From: Squalus acanthias
Lineage: Eukaryota
Assembly (NCBI GenBank): GCA_030390025.1
Contig: CM059432.1
Span: forward strand, 93,250,001 to 93,314,000
Reading direction: 5' to 3'
DNA: 64,000 bases
Shown here: positions 12,496 through 24,604 of the stretch, piece after piece
How positions within the stretch are numbered: position 1 is the stretch's first letter
Layout of the letters: every line of letters begins with the position of its first letter
Program-made: the position numbers and the translations under genes
The notes under the pieces: generated by a model
Databases searched by the model: none
Told to the model about the DNA's origin: nothing
Seen by the model: the letters and a program-made list of their open reading frames with translations, nothing else

Positions 12496-13914
12496 CACAT
12501 TAATCATTAATTAACATTCATAAAATTAGTATCTCCATTTTGTGTTTCTGTAATTTATTGTAAATTCAACAGGATTATCTTGGATGAAGAAGAAAGCAGA
12601 AGTGAAACTTGCATAATGCCAATGATGAAGGTGCCAAAAGTGGATTATTTTTGTTTTCAACTTTTAAAACTTCAGTTAGTAAATCCACGACCATTTTATT
12701 TATGTATTTTATCAGAGTCTGCCATCTGAAATTCAAGGCACTGAATTGTGTCTGAGAGGGGATCTTGCAAGAGTCAGACATTGCCATGTGGCTCGTGGCT
12801 TCTGTCCTGAGAGACTTGAGGCCTATCCTCAAACTTGAGTTGTGGAAACACACTGAAGATCTTGAAAATGCCTCTCAAAATCCAGTATCAGTTTATCAGG
12901 CATGTCTCTCCTGTTAGACCTCAGTACAGTTTCAGACAGTCGGGGGCGGGTGATTTCTGCAGGGCCTCTCCCAGCGTAACCTCAACGGAAATCCCGGAAA
13001 CACAGTGCAAACATTGTGTTTACGCCGTTTTTTGGGGGACGAATGAGAGAATCCCTGCGGAAATTCACTCCCAAATTGTGTTTAAGGAGCAGGGTCACTT
13101 TCTCTCCACTGCCATTCAGCGCCACTCTCGCTCCCACACATTTCCAGTAGTCACAGGTCCCCAGACTTTGAAACTCACTATCCTAAACCGGAAAGATCAG
13201 CCATTTGACAATGAATCATTGATTTGGTTTTGGAAAAAAATGTAAGAAACCTGCCTGCAGGTACTGGATGTACTGATTGGAAGTTGTGGAAGTCGGGTAA
13301 AACATTTTCCAATTTAAAAAAAATACTATTTAGTCCAAAATTGAATGGCCTGTAGTAAATGCATAATAAGCAGAACTACTCTGTACAATACAATGGAGAC
13401 TTGTTCTTGTAAGTTGCTCACAGTCCTGCAACAGGGGCTGTTCATTTGCATAGAGCAGTGGCTCAATGAGACCATTGTTCTTGCAAAACTATTCCTATGG
13501 CGAAAAACACTTTTAATAAAGGACACAAATATAATCATTTGTACTAACTTAATATTCCCAGTGATCTGGGGCCACAAGCCCTGCCCGTGTGTGACCCTCC
13601 CTTGACCATCACTCGCAATCCACACACTTTTATTCTGGTTTTCTTTTTCCTGAACACTTTCGTCAGGCAGGAATTGTTACACAGTTTAAAAATACATACA
13701 GTCCCCACCACTTATACCACCCATGCTTATACCAGGCAATTTCCCACAACCATTTCCATCACCATAGAAATCAATTACAAAGACACCGCTTACTACGCGT
13801 GAAGCGCACTGGCTATTTCAGGCAATCCATTAAGCTCTTCGTACCTTCGTTGCTAATGGAGAGCATTTGAAATCCTCTTTTTAAAAAAAAGCCTGATATT
13901 TCAGCAGCAAAACA

Positions 13915-14125
13915 ACAGCGAGTGGTTAGAATGTGGAACTTGCTACCACATGGAATGGTTGAGGCAAAAGATCGACAAGCACTTGAGGGAGAAAGGAATA
14001 GAAGGTTATGCGGATAGGGTTAGATGAAGTAGGGTGGGCGGAGGTTCGTGTGGAGCATAAACACTGGCATGGACCAGTTGGGCCGAATGGTCTGTTTCTG
14101 TGCTGTAAATTCTATCTAATTCTAT
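13915..14125 (+). mobile_element. CR1 3' end fragment
   Basis: cagcgagtggttagaatgtggaact..ttgggccgaatggtctgtttctgtgctgtaaattctat. Confidence 0.8.
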
Positions 14126-14802
14126 TTACTCATTTAGCACAAATCAGAGTAAAATAGGTGGAAGCCACCAGTGCTGCAGGGTGAAGGGCAGCAGAGGTTG
14201 CTGCCCACAAACTGCCTGGTGGGAGAGGGAGGGCGCCAGGTACACAAGCGGAGAAATTCATCCCAGTGAATATTGTTTTAACGTAAGTCTTAACTTGAAC
14301 TATATTCTACAGGAAAAAACATATGCTGCTAACACCTTGCATCTTCAATGTGAGCTGGCCAGTTTCAAAGTTCCAGGACTGCTGTTGCCGCCTCTGTAAA
14401 TGTCTTTCAAAAATTAACATGGAAGTCACTGTTTTGTATAGTTTATTTGATTCAGCCTCCAGCATCTGTTATATGCGGCTACCTTTAACACACTTGGATT
14501 TACTTTAGCTTTGTAACCTTTAATACACTCCAAATCCTCTGGAGGGTACCTGGGCCTATTGTTGGTTTACTGTCCAACGTGCCCGCTATAAACGGTACGG
14601 ACTGTACTATTATAGTAGTTCTCCTGTGATGTTGTTCATGGCCAGTTTGGGGTTTGCAGCATTCTAAGGTCCTGGATGGACACTCATTCCCTGCTGCTGC
14701 TATTTGTGGGGAGCCTAACACTTAGCCCCTGACACTCCTGATCCAATCTCCTATGCGCTGTGTTACACCCATGCCCACACAGTCACAGATATTTTTTCTC
14801 AC

Positions 14803-14828
14803 CAGTTCTGCAATTTGTTTGGCCACTG
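14803..14828 (-). other. Candidate microexon (26 or 23 nt, NAGNAG acceptor)
   Basis: Long pyrimidine-rich tract ending ccattccag|cag and donor CTG|gtgaga; reads AVAKQIAEL in phase 1. Confidence 0.4.
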
Positions 14829-15959
14829 CTGGAATGGCAGTAAGCAAAGAGAAAACCAACAATAATACAAACACAAGACTCTTTATTATTACCTCAGGCA
14901 ATGTAATAAAAATAAGGACTGATTTTAAAAAATGTCCACAATAATTCTAGTGGGTTTTTTTGAGCCTCATACCGACAAGTGTGCCTGAAGTGGAGAGTGT
15001 TCCATTCTCCAGTGCTAATATCCCTCACCTCGATGAGACCAGTGTCAGCAAAAAGTATTGCTCGGCTAGGCTGGCCACGGGTAAGATGCAGAGTAAAACT
15101 TTTTGTATACGTGCCAACATTGAGAAGAACATTCACTAGTGTATCATGATAGGGCTGAACTTCCTCAATGGCTTTCCTTGGATCGGCACCTGACTGTGCC
15201 TGAAGAGATCACAGGAATGCAAATGTCAGCGGCCATTGCACCCAGGTTTCCTGAAATAGCACCAGGTGCAGTTCAGGAGCAAACTGACCCATAAAAACCC
15301 AGCGCCACTGACTCCTGAGCTGCTGTTCAGGCACTATCAGTCGGTCAATTTTTGGGGTTTCTGACTATGCCACCTTGAGGGGACCTTGGTGTAATACATG
15401 TTAGTGAGTTAAACTTGGCTCTCAAGGAGTTATATTCAGAGGACAGCGGGGCTGTGAGATGTGGATACAAATTCAGACAGGGTCTCTGAACCAGCATGCT
15501 TCAGATACCGAAAGCTGGCTTGAACATTTCATTGATTGTTCACACCTATTCTGGTGGAGATGACGATTCATTTGAGCTCAATAGAAGTAGCTGCCAGGGA
15601 AGTCTGGTGAGATTCTGCTTTCTGGGTTGGAATGAACAAAGAGGAGAGAAATAAAACCGTGCTGGGGGGTCAGTAAGCTCTAACAAAAGGCAGAGAGAGG
15701 GCAGGTCTTGGCCTAATCTGGATATTAAGAAAAAGCAGGTCTGTTTTCCCAGCTAGAAACCGACCCAAAAGGAAGTAAAACATAAAGTGAATATACCGTC
15801 CGTTATTCAGGATAGCGCAGAGTAGTTTCGTTATTTTGTGCTGTTACAGGGAGCGCTGTAGAAAAAGTTTAAAAAGTCTGAAATTGCTACTTTTGTTCAG
15901 CCACATATGTGTTCTGAAAAATAAACCAGCTTCTTGATTTGTCATCGACCTTGTCTTAC

Positions 15960-15980
15960 CAGCGTGTTCGTCACTACCAC
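15960..15980 (-). other. Candidate 21-nt microexon
   Basis: cttctctaatcttttgatag acceptor with a ctaat branch-like motif and donor CTG|gtaaga; frame-preserving (GGSDEHA or VVVTNTL). Confidence 0.45.
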
Positions 15981-16408
15981 CTATCAAAAGATTAGAGAAG
16001 TACAGTGGGCGTATGTGCGAGGTCTACGGTATTTAGTTTGTATGTCAAGGGGACACATTGATACAACTCTTGGGTTACGTTGTCATATAAGTAGATATTA
16101 GACAGTGTGAATCAACTTCAGAACATAAGAGACGTGGAGATTGTTTACAAAAGCGATTGACGTTACTGAATCAGAGAAGGTATCTATTGCAGACCCTAAA
16201 TTTGTAACGTCGTCTTAAACTGGTAATGCAACGATACGACTTCATTTTTGACTTTTTGAATAAAAAATGGTTTTGCGCCATCTGTACTTGTTGCAGAATG
16301 CTGTTGGCATTTTACACTTAGTGATGGTAGCTGTGTTCAGTATTGTGAACCCTCCCCCTTTTGCAGTACTGCTTATTTGGAGGCAGACAAGGGGAGACAA
16401 CTATAAAC

Positions 16409-16596
16409 CCCCTTGACAGCTGCTGCCCCCCTTGACATCTGCTGCCCCCCTTGACATCTGCTGCCCCCCTTGACATCTGCTGCCCCCCTTGACATCTGCT
16501 TCCCCCCTTGACATCTGCTTCCCCCCTTGACAGCTGCTGCCCCCCTTGACAGCTGCTGCCCCCCTTGACATCTGCTGCCTCCCTTGACAGCTGCTG
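16409..16596. repeat. Minisatellite, 19-20-bp unit ccccttgaca(t/g)ctgctgcc, ~9-10 copies
   Basis: Direct tandem repetition visible in the sequence. Confidence 0.95.
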
Positions 16597-16972
16597 AAGT
16601 CATTCGCCTGGGCCTCTCCTGAGCCACTAAGTGTTCCCCTGCCATCAAGTAGGAATCCCCGTTCTCCTTGACCTTACACCTGCTCCATGCCACCTGGAAT
16701 AAAAAGAGAAGCCTCAAAGTCAATCCAGTGTTCTTCTCTTAGTCCTGCGCCATCACTTTTCACATCCATACTGGTTTTCTGTGTTCCTCCACTTACTGCT
16801 TGGCACAGCGGTGCTGCCCTCTTCCCAGCTTCTTCCAGGACAGACAACGGGGAACCTGGACTTCTGCTCGGGATGCTGTTGCCACCCCGGCCGTGGCAAA
16901 GAGAAGGCACATGAAGACCACCGACATGTAGATCACAGCTTCTGGCGCGCATACATTAAATTAAAAACTTAC

Positions 16973-17017
16973 CATAAGTCATCCAAAGGTGTCCAGATAA
17001 AAATCCTGGCCCATTCC
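16973..17017 (-). other. Candidate 45-nt exon
   Basis: ctttgtttttgcag acceptor and ATG|gtaagt donor; open in phase 1 (NGPGFLSGHLWMTY) and in phase 2. Confidence 0.5.
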
Positions 17018-17538
17018 CTGCAAAAACAAAGATCTGGCTGTCCCACAGAGCTTTAACTATACTTGCGCCTCTAAATGGCTTTAAAGCCCACATTGCTCTC
17101 GATCTGCTTGTTTCGGCACCCAATTGTGTGTTTCCAGCAGCATCTAACGTTTGCCCTCTTTGTGGTAATGGGAGCTAGCAGGAAATCCTGCTGCTGCAGT
17201 GCTTCCCTGAATGCAGATCCCTTCTGGTGCATTGCTTCATGTCAGCACCGGGAGACGAAGGTTGGCCCTGATATCTTTTCTATTTCTCACACCAGCCATC
17301 CGTATGGCTTCCCTAAGTAAAAGTACCAAACAGTACCAACTTATAGGCAGATTCACATTATGGGGTTGGACCAACTTGGAACTGGGTTGAGACTGCTTAA
17401 ACTAATTTAACATAGGCCCCTTAGAACTAGCAGAGCTGAGACTTTCATCTCATCAGATTGGGCTCCACTTGAAGCCAAATCTGAGATGGGAAAGGACAGT
17501 GTGCCAACGCACTACGCTTCCCCATTTTTAAATACATT

Positions 17539-18188
17539 GGCCCGTATTTTCCGATGTCTACGGGTGTATACACACCCGTAGGGACATCGGAAATGCCGGT
17601 TTCAGGTATCCGAAGCGCATGCAATGAAAACCGGCATTTCCGATCAGACGCCTACCCTGGAGAAGGCGCCACCCTGCCTCTGCGGGGGGAGAGTTCCGCT
17701 TTCTGCAGATCCTCCACCCGCTGAAAACCCTTAGAAATCTTACGCCTGGTAAAAGCAGGCGTAAGGCCTGCTTTTACCAGCATAGGAGTTTAAAAAAGTT
17801 AAAAAAAAAATTTCACTCATTTATAATTTAAAAATACTTCTAAAGAAGGTAAGTTTATTTTTAGCCCCATAAAAAACCTCAATTATTTTTTTCAAAAAAT
17901 TAAATTGTTTAAAATATTTAATTTAATGTAATTTTAACTCATTTTAAAAATGTGATCGTTTTAAAAAAATGTATTAAATGTTTTAGTGTCTTTTTTCAGT
18001 GATCCCCATTCATACCTTTGACAGGTCTATCTGTGAACTGCATGCGCCCCTGGGATACGTGGGCCCTGCGCATTTCGACTGTGGACAGGCCCAGGAGCGG
18101 AAGTGTCCGGACCTCAGGTAAGTTCGTAGATTTTTTTCCGATAGGAGGCATCCGCACGCAGGAAGCCTCCTATCGGAAATTACGGGCC
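17539..18188. mobile_element. Harbinger-type MITE (family shared with 31349, 37425, 54625)
   Basis: TIR ggcccgtattttccgat matches the reverse complement of the right end (ggcccgtaatttccgat) at 16/17; flanks att/ctt; AT-rich core; internal hairpin. Confidence 0.85.
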
Positions 18189-18486
18189 CTTGTTAAAATC
18201 CCAGGGTTGCCAGTTCATGATTAGTCTGTTCAAGCATGGTTTCCCCTGCACTTCTTTCTTCATTCTACTATATTTTGCTCACAGGAGTGAAAGTTCACCA
18301 AGAGAAATATAGAAACAATTACAAGGCTTTCTGAAAATGAAGAAACACAATAATTACACCTTTTTCAGGCTAGGATACCTCCTTAACCCATAATGGTCCC
18401 ACACATTGAAAATTGCAAGTTTGTTGATGCCTGTTTACCTCTTAATGGACAATATGCATTCCTGTCTGTTCTGTTTCACACACACT

Positions 18487-18671
18487 GGGGTAGATCTCAA
18501 CCTTATGTGATAGTGCAAAATGGGTGATAGCGAGTTGGCAGGCCAATTTGCATATCTCTCGATTTTTATTTCCATGACTTCAATGGAAATAAAAATTGAG
18601 AGAGATGTAAAATAGGCTCCCAACTCGCAATCACCCGTTTTATGCTATCGCACAAAGTCAAGATCTACCCC
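18487..18671. mobile_element. Fold-back MITE (Harbinger-type)
   Basis: ggggtagatct...agatctacccc termini, ACT TSD on both sides, arms complementary over most of the length. Confidence 0.9.
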
Positions 18672-18683
18672 ACTGTGTAATAA

Positions 18684-19150
18684 AGAAAGACTTGCATTTA
18701 TATAGCACCTTTCACGACCACCGTATGTCCCAAAGTGCTTTACAGTTAATGAAGTACCTTTGAAGTGTAGTCACTGTTGTAATGTAGGAAATGCGGCAGC
18801 TAATTTGCGCACAGCAAGCTCCCACAAACAGCAATGTGATAATGACCAGATAATCTGTTTTTTTAGTGATGTTGATTGAGGGATAAATATTAACCAGGAC
18901 ACCGGGGATAACTCCCCTGCTCTTCTTCAAAATAGTGCCATGGGATCTTTTACGTCAACCTGAGAGAGCAGACGGGGCCTCGGTTTAACGTCTCATCCAA
19001 AAGACGGCATCTCTGACAGTGCAGCACTCCCTCAGTACTGCATTGGAGTGTCAGCCTAGATTTTTGTGCTCAAGTCTCTGGAGTGGGACTTAACCCACAA
19101 CCTTCTGACTCAGAGGCGAGACTGCTACCAACTGAGCCTTGGCTGACACT
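18684..19150 (-). mobile_element. tRNA-derived Deu-domain SINE (SacSINE1/AmnSINE1-like), full length
   Basis: Contains acagtgcagcactccctcagtactgca and gggatcttttacgtc..cctgagag core, a tRNA head and an L2-like tail. Confidence 0.87.
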
Positions 19151-19152
19151 AT

Positions 19153-20570
19153 GTGCTGGATTTTGCAGGGGGGGGCAGCAGGTGCGATCAGGTGAGAAAG
19201 CGTTTTTTTCCCCAGCGGGTCGTGACCCTGTTGCCACGCGCCTTTACCAAATGTCAGGTCTGTCAGCGCTGAGCAGACCCGACACGCAGCGGCGGGGGAG
19301 GCAATTAAAATCATTAGTGGCTTGTTTACAGCCACTTATCAATGTTTTTTTCCCAGCTTTTTGAATTTGACAGGTCGCCCACCGGCTTCCCCTGTGCCTA
19401 GACCTCGTCTGTGAAGCTGAGGCGGGAGGTCAGTGGCCATTGAATCAGCTGATGAGTTGACAGCTTCAAATATCAAGTCAAAGCTCACAGCTGATTGAGA
19501 TATGTTCCCATAACCACTAGCTTCTCTAACCTGCATTTCCACTACAGATTCAGGATCTGCAAGTCTTTACGCAAGTCTCCATCCAGTCTGACCTCACTAC
19601 CTCTCTCACCATTGACAGATCGCTTCTGTCATCTCGACTTCACCTGCCATCTATTCCATACTCTCTCACCTTGGTCCTCAGAATCCCACCACTAGCATCA
19701 CCAGGCACCAGCAGCACCAACAACAACACCAACCTTCTCCGCAATCAACTGATGCTGCACAGGACACAGGGCGTCAGCACCCGACCACATTGCTGCCTGG
19801 GTGGCCACGGATGGCCTCACCATGGCCAGATTTACTTCACTTGACGCTGTACTCTCTGGCTGCCACATGATGCGCCAGGTTGGCACCAACCCACACTAAC
19901 ACCATAAAACATTCCTACAATGCCCAAGCCATTCCTTTAACACTCATCACCATTGCCGGGGGGGGGGGGGGAGGCGGTACCGTTAAGTCTCACCATTCAC
20001 TGAAACTCACTAAGCCGTTTCCAAAGGTGCACACAAATCTGTCCAAGAACGCAGAGTGTTCAAAATAAAGGTTTCAATGTTTGACACCACATTAACAGAA
20101 ACTTTACATGAACATTGCATAAAACACCCTTGTGTGTTGTTAGTTGGTATGATTGCACTAGGATGAGGGTGAGTGTGAGGGGTGGCTAGTGAGATGGGGA
20201 TGTGATAATGTAGATAGAGGGGGATGGGTGGAGGTGCAAGGTATGTTGGTATGAGAAGGATGTGCAGGGGTAGGGTAGGGAAGGCAGAGTGATGAGGCAC
20301 AGCAGGAAAAGGTTGAGTGTGGCTTTGTAGTAACGTTTCGTGATCTACTGAGATCATTGAAATGTTTGTGGCACTGCACCCAGGTCCTCCTGACCACATC
20401 CCTACTTGTGTCCTCCTGTGCAATGTGCAACCAGGCTGTGTTGATCTCCTGGGGAGTTTTCCGCCCATGGGAAAGGAAGAGAGCTTCCCTGCGTGCTGTG
20501 ATTCCCTCCAAAAGCATATGGAGGGAGTCATGGGAGAGCCCGGGTACTGAACCACTCCCCAAGCAAGCAC
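19153..20570. mobile_element. Internally deleted Harbinger remnant retaining a Myb/SANT exon
   Basis: Left end gtgctggatttt. Minus ORF 20158-20562 has LLEGITARREALF..TAWLHIAQE..RRTWVQCHKHFNDL. Transposase core is absent and no right TIR was found. Confidence 0.8.
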
Positions 20571-21144
20571 TCTTTATAACAATGCAATTTCTCTATTATT
20601 TTAATCTCTGTTCATTTAAAATTTTAAATTAAATGTATGCTATATTGCATTGGCCAGTGCACCCTAAGTACATGATGTGTTTCTTCATTTCTCACTGAGG
20701 TCACTAGGTGGGGATATCCTATCACAGGGCAGGCAATCACCCTTGCCTACCTTATCATGTGAATGCGTGTCTCATTAAAATATAACATAAAAAAATTAGG
20801 AATGAGCTTAGGCTGTTCAGCCCATCCATTTTGTTCTGTCATTTAGATTCTGTTTCAGGCCAAGTTGCAAAATATCATCACTTTTCATCTCTTTCTTACC
20901 CAAACCCTAGAATTCCTCCACTCCCTGGTGATGAATAAGGGTCTTGTGTTAATCCATAAAGGGAAGCAATGATGTAGAGTAAAATTCTACTGCAAACCAA
21001 TCATAAGACACAATAATCAAAGGAAGCTGCATTTTGATCAATGCTGCTAATAAAGAGTAGGTAAAAGCATTAATAGGGTTGGAGTAAAAAGTAACGGTCT
21101 TTGAATTCCCGAATGATGCACCGGTAAATGCACAATCCATTGTC

Positions 21145-21365
21145 ATAGCGAGCCACAGATATCAGGAAGGCATCAGGTTTGCACACAGGTCTGTGTTGAG
21201 CTGATTATCCTCAGCAGTGAACACTATAATTGTCCCCACTGTCCCTGGGCTCAGGGAGGGGAAGAAAATCATCCAGGGTTCCCACTCCTGATCACTAACC
21301 AGTGACCATTTCTGCAAGATGCATCCACGTGAATGTCAGTTGAGGGCAGGATCAGGCTCTCCAGT
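21145..21365 (+). mobile_element. Old SINE fragment (AmnSINE2-like); related copy at ~25290-25570
   Basis: tgggctcagggaggggaagaaaatcatccagggttcccactcctgatcactaaccagtgacc. Family name is from recall only. Confidence 0.5.
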
Positions 21366-22246
21366 GTAGCAGAACAATTTTCATAGCAACTCGGAGCTGA
21401 TGAAAAATACCGTACCTAGGGTGCCAACCACAGGGACCATCATATCCAGTGTCCCACCAAGCCATTCCGTTAGAATGATATTCCACAAACATAATCCAAA
21501 ATCACTTCTGATAATCATATAACTTGTTTCAATTGATAAAAAGTTAAATAATGAAGTCCTTTGTCATTTATACTCTATGTAGTGTAAGTGAAAATACAGC
21601 TACAGTCCTCAAAAGGTTATTTGTCTCAGAGAGAAATTTCTGGACAATTTCAGCTTCCAGACGCTCTGCAACCGTATTAACATTCACTCTCGAAGAGACA
21701 TCACATCCACTGAAGTACAAACTCTTGCAATTCAGCCTAATATTTTTACTATTAGTTGAATCATCACGTCTCTATCGTGAGGATGACAAAGCTCCCCTAA
21801 AGGGTTAACCTGCCTTAAAAATGCAGAAAATAAACACTTGAGCAACACTTTCTTTTACCCTCTCCCTGTTCCAAACTGCAGGAATATATATGCTGCAGGA
21901 CAAGAATTAAAGAGCTGTTCTCTAATCTTGCTGACCTTTGCTCTGTGTTTTTGTAGCACTACTCTTTCTTGGCAAGCATGCTACACCTTTTGGAACTCAG
22001 CCACTTATAAGCACTTGGTACGTGTCCAGTGCATATCCCACACAGAGACTGATAAGCGCTCTAGTACAGCTTGCAAACACAAGGCCTTCAGAATACAATA
22101 TCATCCTTGTGCGCCACAATAGCTTTACTGTCTTTTCCCTGATTAAATGGGCAATCTCTACATGACGTGCACGTTAGTAACTGTTAAGGACATATCCCCT
22201 TTAAACTCCAACAGTTCCAATTGTAAAGCACTGGACATTTGACCTG

Positions 22247-22570
22247 AACAACAACAACAACAACAGCTTGCATTGATATAGCATCTTTAACATAGTAAAA
22301 CGTCCCAAGGCACTTCACAGGAGAGATTATTAAACAAAATTTGACTCCGAGCCACATAAGGATATATTAGGACAGGTGAACAGCTGTTTGGTCGAAGAGG
22401 TAGGTTTTAAGGTGCATCTTAAAGGAGGAGCCAGAGGTAGAGAGGTGGAGAGGTTAAGGGAGGGAATTCCAGAGCTTAGCCCTGAGGCAGCTGAAGGCAC
22501 AGCTGCCAATGGTGGAGCGAAGAAAATTGGGAATACGCAAGAGGCCAGAATTGCAGTAGCACAGAGATCT
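22247..22570 (-). mobile_element. L2 LINE 3' end
   Basis: (aac)n tail and the reverse complement of the same L2 terminus seen at 9776. Confidence 0.85.
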
Positions 22571-22599
22571 TATTCCATCATGTTGGTTCTCTCACCACT

Positions 22600-24328
22600 T
22601 GCCACAAGCCCAGTTTTGCAGTTAAGTCCCTCAGGACTTGGGTAGCTCAGTCAGTGGTGGTACTACCGAGCCACTCTTGGTGATGGACACTGAAGCCCCC
22701 ACCCAGAGTACATTTTGTGCTCTTGCTATGCTCAGTGCTTCTTCCAAGTGGTGTTCAACATGGAGGAATATGATTCATCAGCTGAGGGAAGGCGGTAGGT
22801 GGTAATCAGCAGGATGTTTCCTTGCCCATGTTTAGACCTTCATGGGGTCCGGAGCCAATGTCGAGAATTCTCAGGGTCACGCTCCTCCGACTTTATACCA
22901 CTGTGCTGCCACCTCTGATGGGTCTGTCCTGCCGGTGGGACTGGTCATACCCAGGGATGGTGATGCAGGAGTCTGGGACTTGTCTGATAGGTATGAACCT
23001 GTGAGCATGATTATGTCAGGCTGTTGCTTGACTAGTCCATGGAACAGCTCTCCTAACTTCGGCACTAGTCTCCAGATGTTAGTGAGGAAGACTTTGCAGG
23101 GTCGATTGGGCTGGGTGTGCCTCTGTTGTGTCTTGATTCGATGCCTAGGTCTCAGCCAAGTGGTCCAACCAATTTCATTGTTGTTTTTCTTTCTAGCGGT
23201 TTGATAGAACTGTGGCTTGCTAGGCCACTTCAGAGGGCAATTAAGAGTCAACCACATTGGTGTGGGATTGAAGTCACATATAGACCAGACTGGGTAAGGA
23301 CGGCAGGTTTCCTTCCCTAAAGGGCATTAGTGAACAAGTTGGGTTTTTATGACAATCCGACAGCTGCATGGTCACCATTACTGAAACCAGCCTTTTATTT
23401 ACATTTTTTTAAAAACTGGATTAAAATTGTCAAACTGCCAGGGTGGAACTTGAACTCATGGGGCTGGATTGTTACCAGCCCAGAGGAGACGGGTCTGGAG
23501 GCGGGACTGCTGGGAAAATCAAAAAAAACGGGAGCGGGTCCCAAACCCGCCTCCAACCAATCTTCGAGAGTTAGGTACCCGATTTGCGCAGGGACCCGAC
23601 TCCTAGCGGCGGGAAGAGGATTATAGCCACTTAACAGGTAGTTAACAGGCAGTTAAGAGGCTTTTTCCCATTTTGAGACTTCTGCTGCGGGCTTCCTGAT
23701 GTCGGGGAACTCCACCAGGGTAAGCGAGGCGTGCTGTGGGTCTGTTGTTATGTTTGTGTATAAATGACAGCTGCAAAAGTGGTGTGAAGGATGCAATGGG
23801 ACACTGGTGAGTATCAGAGGTAAGGAAATGTTGGGAAAGTCATTTTTAATGTGTTTAGAATTTTCTGTAGGTGACAAGCTTTGAAGTATTTGTGTGGCCT
23901 CACCTCATTGGGAGAAGTGACAGATTGCTTCTGTACCCTCACCTACAGCTGCCATCTGTTTTATCCTAAGGAGAGAGTCATTGGAGAGCCTGGGTGAAAG
24001 GGCTCACCTTTGTACAGTGATTGTACACCTCAATGCTGTCAAACACTGACAGATCATCTGTCAAAAATAAAAGGTTCATGTCACTTTAAGAAAGCCGGCA
24101 GATGAAGCATCATCAACTGATGTCATCTGACACCGGCTTTCCCTTAATTGGCCGGCAAGCCCACAGGGCGGGCTTAACTAATGTTGCTGGGGGCGGGACT
24201 AGAACCTAGAAGGCAGCAGTCCCGCCCCCAACTTGTCTCGGCAGGTAAAATCCAGCCCATGTTCTTTGGATTATTAATTCAGGCATCTGGATTACTAGTC
24301 CAGTAACATAACCATTACACTACCATAC
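22600..24328 (-). mobile_element. 5' part of a LINE: tRNA-like head + ~270-bp leader + APE endonuclease ORF (split by a MITE)
   Basis: ORF from ATG 23257 (MWLTLNCPLKWPSKP..VFLTNIWRLVPKLGEL..QQPDIIMLTGSYL) is an APE N-terminus. The head has TAGTGTAATGG, ctgga-ctagtaa-tccag and GAGTTCAAGTTCC. Confidence 0.8.
23461..24258. mobile_element. Non-autonomous Harbinger element
   Basis: TIRs gggctggatt(g)ttacc / ggtaaaatccagccc; ATG TSD (23458-23460, 24259-24261); interior resembles the 5' region of the 225-4234 element. Confidence 0.92.
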
Positions 24329-24604
24329 CAAAAATTCAGAGAAAAAAAATTCATACAGGCCACCCCAAAAAATTACTTTTATCCATGTATACATTCCTTT
24401 ACATTATATAATAGTTTCACTACTAACAACAAGTCAATTTATAGTTCTCTGCTAGGCAACAAGAGACACTCATGATTCTTTCACAAAGTCCTATTGGAAA
24501 TTTACTAAAATCTGGGGCTGGGTTTCAACACTCAATCTCTCCTATTTGAAGCGCTCCAATTCACTGTGCCACTGAGTGCTAGGACACTGACAACTCCCCA
24601 CGTA

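Noticed and set aside
12574..12630. Plus-strand exon (IILDEEESRSETCIMPMMK)
   Set aside because: The acceptor is plausible, but the donor (gtgcca) is weak and no partner plus-strand exons were found.
16373..16723. ORF with AAVKGGSRCQGG repeats as a repetitive protein
   Set aside because: The ORF results from a minisatellite whose 19-20-bp units shift frame.
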